From: Eledone cirrhosa
Lineage: Eukaryota
DNA: 64,000 nucleotides
NCBI GenBank assembly: GCA_964016885.1
Contig: OZ024741.1
Span: 315,270,001 to 315,334,000, forward strand
Direction: 5' to 3'
Shown: positions 1-11,730 of the stretch, one piece after another
Layout: every line of letters begins with the position of its first letter
Position numbering within the stretch: the first letter of the stretch is position 1
Translations under genes and position numbers: made by a program
The notes under the pieces: generated by a model
Told to the model about the DNA's origin: nothing
Seen by the model: only the letters and a program-made list of their open reading frames with translations
The model's database searches: none

Positions 1-2957
1 AAGATTTGGTTGATATCCTAAACTTAGTGGTAGATGAAATTAACAATGATAGTGGGAAACCTATGAACCTAAGATTTGTAGACAGGAAAAAGTCATCCCT
101 TACCTTGAGGCGAGGAGCCTTCACCAGTGCAACAATATCCTCAAAGCAACAGCAAATGCGGTGAGGAAATTACATGGCATAAAAGCGAGAGGAAACAAGA
201 AACAAGAAAGATCAGAAAATTGGTGGAAGAAACGAATGAATGGTCAAATCAGGGAAATGAGAAATGATATTGGAAAGCTTAAGTCCTTACTGAATGGGAC
301 ACTAAAAAACATAGACACTAAAAATAGACTGGAAATAAAGTACAAAACTAGGAGGAAAAAGCTAAATATTATCATAGAGGAACTGAAGCAACGCATTGTA
401 GCAAAGAGTGCAAAAATTAGGCGATACGAGACCAGAGTCAGTCAGTATAGACAGAACCGCATGTTTGACAACAACCAGAAGATGTTGTTTGGACAGCTTG
501 AAGGGAAAGAAAGAGGCAACGAATGGATCCCTGAGGCGCAACAAACTAAGACATTCTGGAGAGGAATATGGGAGCAGGATGTTAAACATAATGACCAGGC
601 AGTGTGGATTGAGACAGTACAAAAGGAGATTAGTGAACAGGTACACCAACAAACTGATTTGAGTATCACATTTGAAACTCTTAAGGGGCAGGCCAAAAAA
701 ATGACCAACTAGAAATAGCCAGGCCCAGATAGTGTGCAGGGGTATTGGATTAAAAATATAACATCCCTCCACCCGAAACTGACAACCATGTTTCAATGAC
801 TGCTTGCTGTCAGATGAGGTACCAGAGTGGTTGACAAAAGGTACCACAATTCTGGTAATGAAAGATCGAATCAAGGGTAATGATGTTACCAACTATAGAC
901 CTATCACATGTCTGTCCGTAATGTGGAAACTGTTGACAAGCATTGTGTCTGAGGAAATCTACCATCACCTCCACACAAACAACTTGTTACCGGACGAACA
1001 TAAAGGATGCCGAAAGAAGTCCCGTGGTACAAAGGACCAGTTACTTATTGATGAGATGGTAATGAGGAATTGCAAGAGGAGACACACTGGTCTTGCCATG
1101 GGATGGATAGACTACAAAAAGGCATTTGACATGGTGCCTAATTCTTGGATCACCAAAAGCCTAGAGATCTTCAAGGTGGCAGATAACATCAGACAGTTGT
1201 TGAGCAAAAGTATGAAGTCCTGGAAAACAGAGTTAACATCAACTGGAGAATCCTTGGGAGGCGTGAAGATCAAGAGAAGTATCTTCCAGGGAGATAGTCT
1301 GTCCCCTCTGTTGTTTGTCCTTGCCCTGATGCCCCTGACCATTATACTGCGAAAAGTAAGAGCAGGATACAAGTTGGGAAAGGGAGAGCTTACCATCAAA
1401 CACCTCCTCTTCATGGACGATCTTAAGCTCTTCAGGAAGAGTGAACAAGAGTTGGATATACTTGTTGACACTGTCCGTATTTTCAGCAATGATATATGTA
1501 TGCAATTTGGTATTAGTAAGTGTGGAGTCCTTGTGATGAAGAGGGGTAAATTGAGCAGAAGCAACGGAATCTAGGTACCAACAGGTGAGATGATAAAGGT
1601 AATTGACACTGAAGATGAATACAAGTATTTGGGTGTTCTGGAGACTGATGACATCAAGAACAAAAAAATGAAGGAATTGATAAGATCTGAATACATTCGG
1701 AGAGTAAGGAACGTATTAAAATCATATCTAAATAGTAGGAATGTCATAAGTGCAGTGAATTCCTGAGCTGTGTCTATTATTAGGTACAGTGCGGGAAATC
1801 TGAAATAGAATGTTGCTGAACAAAAATAAAGGGATAGGAAGACTAGGAAACTATTGACTATCTACAACATGTCCCACAAGAGGAGTGATGTCGATAGACT
1901 CTACTTAAGGAGATCTGAAAGTGGAAGAGGTCTTATCAGCATAGAGGACTGTGTTCAGATGGAGAAAAACAACCTGCACAAATACGTGACTGACAGTAGG
2001 GAGCCAATGCTCGGAATTGTACTGAAGGAGAGGACAATAGACCAAGGTATGTCCAAGGAGGAAACAACAAAAAGTAGGAAGAGGAAGCTTCATGAAAAAT
2101 CCCTTTATAGTACCTTCTTTGAGAAAACTGAATTCAGAGATCCACAGACATGGAACTGGTTAAAAAGAGGAGACCTTAAAAAGGATACAGAAGGAATGCT
2201 AATGGCTGCGCAAAAACAGGCCCTCAGAACGAAGTGGGTGAAACACCATATTTACGAGGAAGGGTCTAGCTTACTGTGTAGGATCTGTGGAGAGAGAGAG
2301 AGAGGAGACTGTGGTTCACATTGTATCCGAGTGTAAACAGCTAGCCCAGAACCACTATAAATGCTGAAGACATGATGTGATGGGCAGGGCGATCCACTCG
2401 AACTTATGCAAAATAAACAATTTACCACATTCTGAGAAGTGGTATGAGCATAAGCCAGAGTCGGTGATAGAAAACGATCAGGTGAAGGTGCTATGGGATT
2501 TTAGGATACAGACAGACAAGAAACTGGTACACAATAGGCCTGACCTGGTGGTTTTGGACAAGGAAAAAAGATCGTGCCTGATTGCAGATGTAGCCTGCCC
2601 ATTTGACACGAGAGTGCAAGAAAAGGAGAGGGAGAAAATTAACCGATACCAGGACTTAAAGTGGGAGTTTAAAAGGATTTGGAACTGCCATGAAGTCAAA
2701 GTGGTCCCGATTGTCATAGGCGCACTAGGTACTATCTCAAAGAATTTCCAAGGATGGTTAAAGAAAATTAGTCCAAACACGCTCTTTGGAACACTTCAAA
2801 AGGCATGCTTGCTGGGAACAGCAAGAACCCTCCGATACGTCCTGAATATCTGAGGCTGCAGGTAGCAGCTTGATATTTATTTCAACAAACTTTCCAATTA
2901 AATAACATCAATGACTGAGACTAAAAGAATAAAAATAATAATAATAATAATAATAAT
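1..2957 (+). mobile_element. R4/Dong-clade non-LTR retrotransposon (RT + CCHC + restriction-like endonuclease), degenerate; 5' part lies outside the window
   Basis: ORFs 161-712, 804-1574 ([29 protein letters not shown]), 1854-2336 (CRICG) and 2377-2853 (HNRPDLVVLD...DVACPFD...EKINRY, an RLE motif set) are broken by stops and frameshifts. The 3' UTR is followed by an (AAT)n tract at 2928-2957. Confidence 0.93.
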
Positions 2958-3231
2958 GATTTCTTCATTGGTCAGAAGAGCTGACATCAAGAAAATCATT
3001 ACAGACGGCGCAGGACGGTACAGGACGGTACAGGACGGTACAGGGCGGTATGATGTGGGTTTTATGCGTGTAAAGATTTTTATTATTTATATCAGAAACG
3101 AAAAAAAAAAGACAGAAACATATATATAAACAATAAAAATGAAAATTCAAACAATGAAAAATTCCCCAATAGGCGGGGGGAGAACCTCCGAAGGTTACTC
3201 GTGGCGGAAACCACACAAAAGGCAACCTTGC
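2958..3231 (-). mobile_element. Tx1-type L1 retrotransposon, 3' UTR only (5'-truncated)
   Basis: The reverse complement matches the 3' UTR at about 53770-54029, including the CGTCCTGTAC 10-mer repeats and the ...GAAATC-(ATT)n end. Confidence 0.85.
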
Positions 3232-3646
3232 CACGCTAAAATCCACTGGGGGTGATGAAATCACCGGTAGTTATGTAACCATACATTCATCAATCCTCGA
3301 TATGAGTGTTTAAATGTCGAACCTAAACAGTTCGAATAACGGTGAAAAGGAGACTGGAACGTCATGTGAAAGACTCTCACCCAGAAGGTGCTCCCTGGCC
3401 CAGCAGCAGGGTCCTGGCTGTCATCCAAATACTGCTGGTGTTGGAGGAAGAAGAAGAAGGAAAGGGACAAGAACCAACTGGGCGAAAGAATTGAATAGAA
3501 CTGTTATGCAATGTTACCTGAAGAGTAACCCCATGGAACAAGGCTATAGGAAACGGATGCATAACATCTGGAACGAGATTGGTCTATTTAAATTAGATGA
3601 ACAAAAATTGGCCGGGCAGGCTCGGGTAAGAACTAATGGGTGGATA
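3232..3646 (+). mobile_element. R4/Dong element 5' end fragment (3'-truncated)
   Basis: Starts with CACGCTAAAATC like the copy at 11731. Encodes ...RTNWAKELNRTVMQCYLKSNP...YRKRMHNIW...DEQKLAGQAR, the typical N-terminal domain of Dong/R4 ORFs. Confidence 0.85.
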
Positions 3647-3886
3647 CGGATTACATTGAGTTCTTCATACGGCTTGGACCCTACAATTAATTGGTGGATT
3701 TAATATGTTTTATTATATATATTTCGAAATATATATAATAAAACATATATTTTGATCATGTGAATGTCTTCATTTATTAATATTCTGAATAATATTAAAT
3801 ACTCCAGGAAATTTCTTTGTAGAGTGCTTTTAATCTATTGTAAAACTATATTCATTGAGTTATCAATGAACCATATTAATCTTTGG

Positions 3887-3931
<45 letters not shown>

Positions 3932-3953
3932 CATGCTATGTATGTGTGCATGC

Positions 3954-3993
<40 letters not shown>

Positions 3994-4034
3994 AGAATAG
4001 TATGTCAGTATATCTGTGTAGTTGGTAGTTAAGG

Positions 4035-4567
4035 TAGGCTTAAGAAGAAGAAGAAGAAGAAGATCTGGAGAGGGAGTTTTCCTCATCAGTTGTCTACTGG
4101 GGATCTTGGATATTTCAACGCTTTAAAGACAATATATCTACCCCTAGCGCGTTCAATAACTAGGTAAGTTATAGGGAAAACGGAGGAGAGAGGGAAATAG
4201 AATAGAACGGAAAAGGGAAAAAAGGTAAGAAAAGATAAAAAGAGCGAAAAAAACAACAAACCGAAGAATGTGCGATTAACTGAAGAAAGAAAATCCAAGT
4301 CAACATCGATGGATGAACGTAAATTCTAGAGCGTGTGTGCGAATGGAAATCACGTCTGATCCCAACGAGTGTAAGTGAGAAACGAACTTCTCGAGGATCA
4401 GGAGAGGAAAACAATGAGGTGGCTGGAGAAGAGAGAGGGTGAGTGAAAGTGAGAGGGAGAAAGAAAGAGGTGGAAGAGTAGAATACAACGAAATAGGTAG
4501 GTGAGGAAACCCCACCCTCTGTTCTTGCGTTCTGCTTCTTCTTCTTCTTATTCTTAATTTTAAGCCT
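4035..4567. repeat. Unclassified interspersed repeat with imperfect terminal inverted repeats, between (TA)n tracts
   Basis: TAGGCTTAA-(GAA)n-...GTTTTCCTCA (4035-4085) is mirrored by TGAGGAAAC...(TTC)n...TTAAGCCTA (4502-4567). Related sequence occurs at about 63715-63815. Confidence 0.45.
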
Positions 4568-4607
4568 ATATATATATATATATATATGTGTGTATGTGTG
4601 TGTGTAC

Positions 4608-4664
<57 letters not shown>

Positions 4665-5930
4665 AAGGATTCGGGACTTTGACGGCTGAGCTCCTATCGT
4701 TTCAATAGCTAGATCCGTATTGAATCGACGGTGTTCTAGTGGCGGGAGTACCTGGTATCATCGGAGGGGGTGGGAAGAAAATCCAAATATGGGCAATCAG
4801 TTTATGCATAAAAGTCTTTAAAGAAAATCTCTATATTTTGGTGGGAGAGGTCAGTGTTCGGGGATGTGTGTAGATTTATTCATATGTACGCCATCTTGTG
4901 GTCAGCTGTCTTTGATCTGCTTTATGCTAATAAATATGTTGAATTATTTTTATCTAGGATTGTGTTGGTATTTTCATATTTGTTTCAACGAAGGGGTTTG
5001 CGTGTTTTTATTAGTTGCAGACAGCCAAATTATAGGAATGGCGTCGTAGCAATTGCTTCTGCTTGGGAAGTGGACATCTAAACTGGTTGATCTGAAGATG
5101 TTCAGCTTTCTAGTACTGCACCCACGTCTTTAAGCATTTATTCTACATTACCATAAATGTATATAGTATGTCGGTATAAGTGACTTGTGCTTATTTACAT
5201 TTGAGTGAATAGAAGGAAAAAAAACAGGAATTAAGTTTAATTTCAGCATAAATCTAAAGTCACACATAGCTGCATGGTTTGTTTTTATTTGTTTATTTAC
5301 AATTGTCTAAATGGCAAAAAGTTTAAAGGTTATCACTGTATCGTATATTCATAGAAGGTTCTAGTTTCGATTTGCGTTAAGGCCCGGGAAGGACAGTTTA
5401 TTCACTTATTTAAAACATTATAAAATTTACTAATCCTATGTGGTTTAGATGCGAAATTTAAAGTCTTAATTTAAAGAGTTTTGTCGTGACTTACTCTTGG
5501 TGTCCTTTGGGAAAGATTCCGTATCAAGGTTATATTTAGATCTGCATAATATACAGTTGTGGATAATATATATTTTAGCTCCTTCTACTATGATTATTTT
5601 TTTTCGATATTGTATTGGATGTCTTCATTATAATCTGATTTAGTTGATCACTCATTATAATATTGGGTATTTTGGGGGCAATTCTGGAAATTCTATTAAA
5701 GGTCATTCTGGAAATTAATGGTCATTCTAGAAATTCTATTAGATACATATTTCTTATAAACTTAAGTATTGATATAGAGTGGGTTGAAAGTTTATTTACA
5801 GAGAAAGGGTGCTCACCTCGTTTATGTTAAGGTTTGTGCAAGCTATTATTTAGTTCAAAGGAAACATCTAGGATGTTAACTACTTAATATATATCTACCG
5901 TAATGTTTAAAAAAAACTATGTAAATGTTA
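4665..5930 (-). mobile_element. Highly degenerate Penelope-like element remnant
   Basis: The minus strand at about 5755-5885 reads VVNILDVSFELNNSLHKP*HKRGEHPFSVNKLSTHSISILKFI, resembling the PLE RT C-terminus/thumb (FLDV...KPY.KP...YVN..SNHP). The motif at 4681-4717 recurs at 63259-63296. Extent is uncertain. Confidence 0.5.
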
Positions 5931-5959
5931 TTTTCGATCATCCAATGTTACTATTATTG

Positions 5960-6389
5960 AATGGGCAGCAATTGTAGAAGATATGCGACGGCTGGAGAGA
6001 AATGAAGCAAGTATGCTCCGTTGGATGTGCAATGTCAAGGTGCGTGAACGACCAAGCATAGGCGAGTTGAGAAAGAAACTGGGTATAAGAGGGATAAGTT
6101 GTGGTGTGTAAGAGAGAAGGCTGAGCTGGTACAGATGTGTCATGCGCATGGAGGATGACCTATGGGTACAGAAGTGCCAGGAAGTCCCAGTGGAGGGAAG
6201 ACGCAATAGAGGTAGACCACGAAAAACAAGGGCGGGGGAGGTGAGAGCAGACCTCAGATCGCTGAAACTCACCGAGGAGATGACGAAGGAATGTGACGGG
6301 TGGAGAGATGCTGTGCTGAATAGGACCCATCCAACCCTTGCAAGCAGGGAAAAGCGGACGTAAAATGATGATGATGATGACGATGATGA
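5960..6389 (+). mobile_element. RTE-clade LINE 3' fragment with (ATG)n tail
   Basis: Reads RRLERNEASMLRWMC...RRL.WY..VMRMEDD...VEGRRNRGRPRKT...WRDAV. Stop at 6361-6363 is followed by (ATG)n. Confidence 0.85.
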
Positions 6390-6712
6390 TATATATACAT
6401 ACATACACACATATATTCATATATACATATTTAGATGTATGTATCTATGTATATGTATGTGTGTATATGCGTGAGTGTGTTTGGGTATGGGTGTTTGTGT
6501 GTGTTTATTTGTGTGTGTGTGTGTGTGTGTGTGTGTACATGTATTTGAGAGTTCTTGTTAAATTCCGTAAGTAAATCACTGATATATTGATGGCAGATCT
6601 TTTGTGTGTGATGTAGATCATCTAGATATTATTGAGTAGGTTTTTTTATATCTCATTTACACCTCTAAAAATGTATGTAATTAATGATGTCTGTCTATAT
6701 TGGCATTTTCAG

Positions 6713-6844
6713 TATGTGAAGCAGGACGCTTTGGTGAAGATTGTAAAGGAATATGTCATTGTCACAAAACCGCAGACTGCGAAATGAAGACTGGAGCATG
6801 TTCATCAGGATGTTCATTAGGATATGATGGAAGCAATTGCCAAG
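6713..6844 (+). CDS. Internal exon: EGF-like (laminin-type/MEGF10-SCARF-like) repeat of a type I membrane protein
   Basis: TTTTCAG acceptor and GTATAT donor, 132 nt, phase 1-1. Translates CEAGRFGEDCKGICHCHKTADCEMKTGACSSGCSLGYDGSNCQ, matching the CxxGxFGxxCxxxCxC...CxxxTGxCxxGCxxGYxGxxC pattern. Confidence 0.88.
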
Positions 6845-7207
6845 GTATATAATATACATGATCAATTGTCTCTCTCTTTCTATTTCTCTATCCTTTTCAT
6901 TCTCTGTCTCTCTAGCACACACCTTGCCCCATATATACATATAAACATATATACAGAGAATGAAAGAGAGAGAGAGGAAGATAACGAAAGAAAGAGAGAG
7001 AGAGAAAGAGAGAATTCTGTAAGTTGATAAAACAACAGTAAGGCGTTCGTATCTGAAGCTCAAATGTGGTTTATTTTATATCCAGAATAAGAGAAATATT
7101 TCAGAGGTAAATCCACTTGGTATACTTCCGGTCATGTTAGATTTAAATCACAGGGCATATATTGATAAAGAAATAAGTCAACAATTTCAACAGTTAATAC
7201 ATCATTT

Positions 7208-7277
7208 ATTTTATCTACACGTGTTTCATTCCTTTTGTATATTATTCATTATATATAAAGAAATCATCAGGATCAAT
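7208..7277 (-). ncRNA. Minimal type I hammerhead ribozyme, canonical core (PLE pLTR type)
   Basis: Minus strand: ATC-CTGATGA-[stem II TTCTTT...AAGGAA]-GAAA-CACGTG-TA-GAT. Stem III is palindromic (ACACGTGT). Predicted cleavage between 7216 and 7215. Confidence 0.75.
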
Positions 7278-7569
7278 TATATATATATAACATATTAAAA
7301 AATATTTAATTACCGATCGATCTATGACTTAACGACATGCTTTAACAGTAAATTGTAAACAAAGTTTTTTCTAAGGTTATAGATGTTTAGAATTGCCAGA
7401 AATATTTAACGGTACATTTCATAATATTTGTTCGACTTCGTATTACCAGCAGTCCTATTCTGATATTAATATAATGTGTCTGTCGTTCGTGCAACTATAT
7501 TAGTGTTTAATGAAGAAATAATCAAGTTGTAGCTCGATACGTAGTTTTTTTAGCGTTACTGTTATGACG

Positions 7570-8424
<855 letters not shown>

Positions 8425-8425
<1 letters not shown>

Positions 8426-9703
8426 AATGAAGGAATTGATAAGAACTGAATACATTCGGAGAGTAAGGAGCGTATTAAAGTCACATCTGAACAGTAGGAA
8501 TGCCATAAGTGCAGTAAATTCCCGAGCTGTGTCTATTATTAGGTACAGTGCGGGAATTCTGAGATGGAAGGTTGCTGAACAAAAAGAAATGGATGGGAAG
8601 ACTAGGAAGCTATTGACTATCTACAACATGTTCCACAAGAGGAGTGATGTCGATAGATTCTACCTAAGGAGATCTGAGGGTGGAAGAGGTCTTATCAGCA
8701 TAGAGGACTGTGTTCAGATGGAGAAAAACAATCTACATAAATACGTGACTGATAGTAAGGAGCCAATGCTCAGAACTGTACTGAAGGAGAGGACAATAGA
8801 CCAGGGGATGTCCAAGGACGAAATAACAACAAGGAGAAAGAGCAGCCTCCAGGAAAAATTCCTTCATAGTACCTTCTTTGAGAAAACTGAATTCAGAGAT
8901 CCACAGACATGGAACTGGTTGAAAAGAGGAGACCTTAAAAAGGCTACAGAAGGAATGTTAATGGCTGCGCAAGAGCAGGCCCTCAAAACGAAGTGGTTGA
9001 AACACCATATTTACAAGGAGGAGGCTAGCCCACTGTGCAGGATCTGTGGAGAGAGAGAGGAGACTGTGGCTCACATTGTATCCGAGTGTAAACACCTAGC
9101 CCAGACTCACTATAAGGGCTGGAGACATGATGTGATGGGCAAGGTGATCCACTGGCTCCTATGCAAAGTAAACAATTTACCACATTCTGAGAAGTGGTAT
9201 GAGCATAAGCCAGAGTCGGTGATAGAAAACGATCAGGTGAAGGTGCTGTGGGATTTTAGGATACAGACGGACAAGAAACTGGAACACAATAGACCTGACC
9301 TGGTGGTTTTGGACAAAGAAAAAAAATCGTGCCTGATTGTGGATGTGGCCTGCCCATTCGACACGAGAGTGCAAGAGAAGGAGAGGGAGATTATTAACCG
9401 ATACCAGGACATAAAGTGGGAGGTAAAAAGGATTTGGAACTGCCATGAAGTCAAAGTGGTCCCGATTGTCATAGGCGCACTAGGGACTATCTCAAAAAGT
9501 TTCCAGTGATGGTTAAAGAAAATTGGCCTCGCCACGCTTTTTGGAACGCTTCAAAAGGCATGCTTGTTGGGAACAGCAAGAACCCTCCGATACGTCCTGA
9601 ATATCTGAGGCTGCAGGTAGTGGCTTGATATTCATTTCAACAAACTTTCCAGTTAACTAACATCAATGACTAAGACTCAAAGAATAATAATAATAATAAT
9701 AAT
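8425..9703 (+). mobile_element. R4/Dong element, 5'-truncated 3' third
   Basis: ORF 8427-9509 contains CRICGEREETVAHIVSEC (CCHC), RHD and NRPDLVVLD...DVACPFD. A premature TGA lies near the end. 3' UTR, then (AAT)7 at 9683-9703. Confidence 0.93.
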
Positions 9704-10799
9704 GCTTTCTTTATTAACCACAGGGCTTACACAAAGTAGACATTAAGGACAGTGCAGGACAATACTGGACGGTACAAAAGGGCATTTCTACGTGTAAAAA
9801 AAACAAAAAAACAGAGGATGTAATAATAGAACAATGAAAAAATTCCCCAATAGGGGGGAGACTTCCGAGGGACGTTCGTGGAGAAAGCCCATTAAAAAGC
9901 CACAGTGACCCTGACCACCAGAGCAAGTGCCCTCTCCCAGTTTTCCACCTTTAATTTACTGACACATACTCAAAGTAGGCCCATTCACTCGGGCCATACT
10001 TGCTTCTCTCACCCATCTTTCAACAAAATGCTGCGAAGAGAGCACTTCCCTCTCTACCCTGATTTTCCTTTTCAAATGAAATTTGAAAAAGTTAATCAGG
10101 GCATCACCGAAGAGGTAAGTGCTAGTCTTCAGCCCTTTCAAACGTGTCCACCATACTATCTCTTTCGCCATGGCCACCAGACAGATAAAAACTGCCTGCC
10201 CTTCCCGGCTAAAGAAAGAGGGCGGGGCAATCCTCACGATGGACTCAGATGATAGCCGGATCCGTCCTACACGCGACAGCAGGTGTTCGACATAAACCCA
10301 CAAGTCAGTAATGCTCGGACACTGGACGAGTGCGTGCAGGACGGTTTCGTCGCCCTGCGCGCATCTCGGAAATGCCCGGCTGACGGCACCTCCATGCCTG
10401 TAGATTTTATCCCGAACTGGCAAAGCTCCTCGGTAGCACTGCCAGGCCAGGGATTTCTGGAAGTTGTCCATAGGCCCCGGCCCGAAAGTTCTTCCGAAGA
10501 GATTGGCTAGTTGATTTTCGTCGACGCCTAGAGTTTCCCCAAGTACGTCGTTGCCCTTCCCCTCCACTAATCCTCTATAGAACGCCAAGGTGGAGTTTCC
10601 ACCGATCACATTGTCCGATTTGTCGAGGCCTGTGAGCGCCTGAAGACATTCCAGTCTCCAAGCGCTTCCACTCGGTCTTCGCTTGACCCAGGACTGCAGC
10701 TCCGTCAAGGAGACGAGCTGAGGAAAGACGCGTCTAGCAAACGGGGACCACACCTGAGCACCGTCGAGGAAGAGGTGGAGATGTCGTAGCCTGAGCGCT
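9704..10799 (-). mobile_element. Tx1-type L1, 5'-truncated (ORF2 C-terminal zf-RVT region + 3' UTR)
   Basis: ORF 9956-10813 contains AWQCYRGALPVRDK...PRCAQGDETVLHALVQCP...AKEIVWWTR. Ends in AATAAAGAAAGC-(ATT)n on the minus strand. Confidence 0.9.
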
Positions 10800-11730
10800 G
10801 GGAAGATACGCACATGGTGGATAGAGTGTTATGGAATCACTCCCGTAAGTATTTGATTTTTACATATTTAAAACAATTGTCATAGAATAATTATTATTAC
10901 AAATGGGACATAAGATGGAAGTCTTAACTCTCAGGAAGTGACTACGCATAAAATTATGGCATAGGGCTCCAATATTTAATACTTAATTTTGTATCAGAAA
11001 TGTTATAGTCAAAAAGGAAAATGGTTACAAATGGAAGAAAACAACAGCCAAATAATTTCAACACCGGCGCCGCCACCACCACCACTACCATAAAAAAATT
11101 TAGCTAGATACAAACCAACAACTACATCAACACCATCACAACATTATTACTATCCCATCACCACCGTCACCACTGCATCATCGCTAACACCACTATTCCC
11201 CACTACCTCCTGTTAAGAAGGGATGGTAGTAGTGCCACGGCACATTACTAGAAGCGAGGAAGTCACCAAAAGATATAAAAAGATATAAATAGACTGATTT
11301 AGTGACCCGGTCAAACAGCTAACAACAACAACAACAACACCAAAATAATTATTGTTTATCTCTAAACTCTCTCAAAATGTTTAGGTTAACCGATGTCAAA
11401 TCTAATCTATAATATAATAATAATAATAATGATAAGCAACATGTCGAAAAATTACAGAAGAGAACACAGACAAAAACAAATGCAACAACAAAAGAAAAAC
11501 AAATTTCAAAAGTTTTGAACGCATCAACCCCTACTTCCCTCATAGCTAAAATCAAAAATAGCAGCAGCAGCAACAACGACACTAGTAACCGATGTTATTG
11601 CCTTGAAAAACAAAAAGGATAAAAAAAAGTCAGACATTCAAACATTACAATGAAACTTATGTTTATTTTTTTAATGTTTTTATTTATTTATTTGTTTATT
11701 TATTTGTATTCGTCTACAGCGTGATGGTGT

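Noticed and set aside
3003-3050. Short regular repeats (GGACGGTACA)n as a CRISPR-like array
   Set aside because: There are no spacers. It is a 10-mer tandem inside the Tx1 3' UTR.
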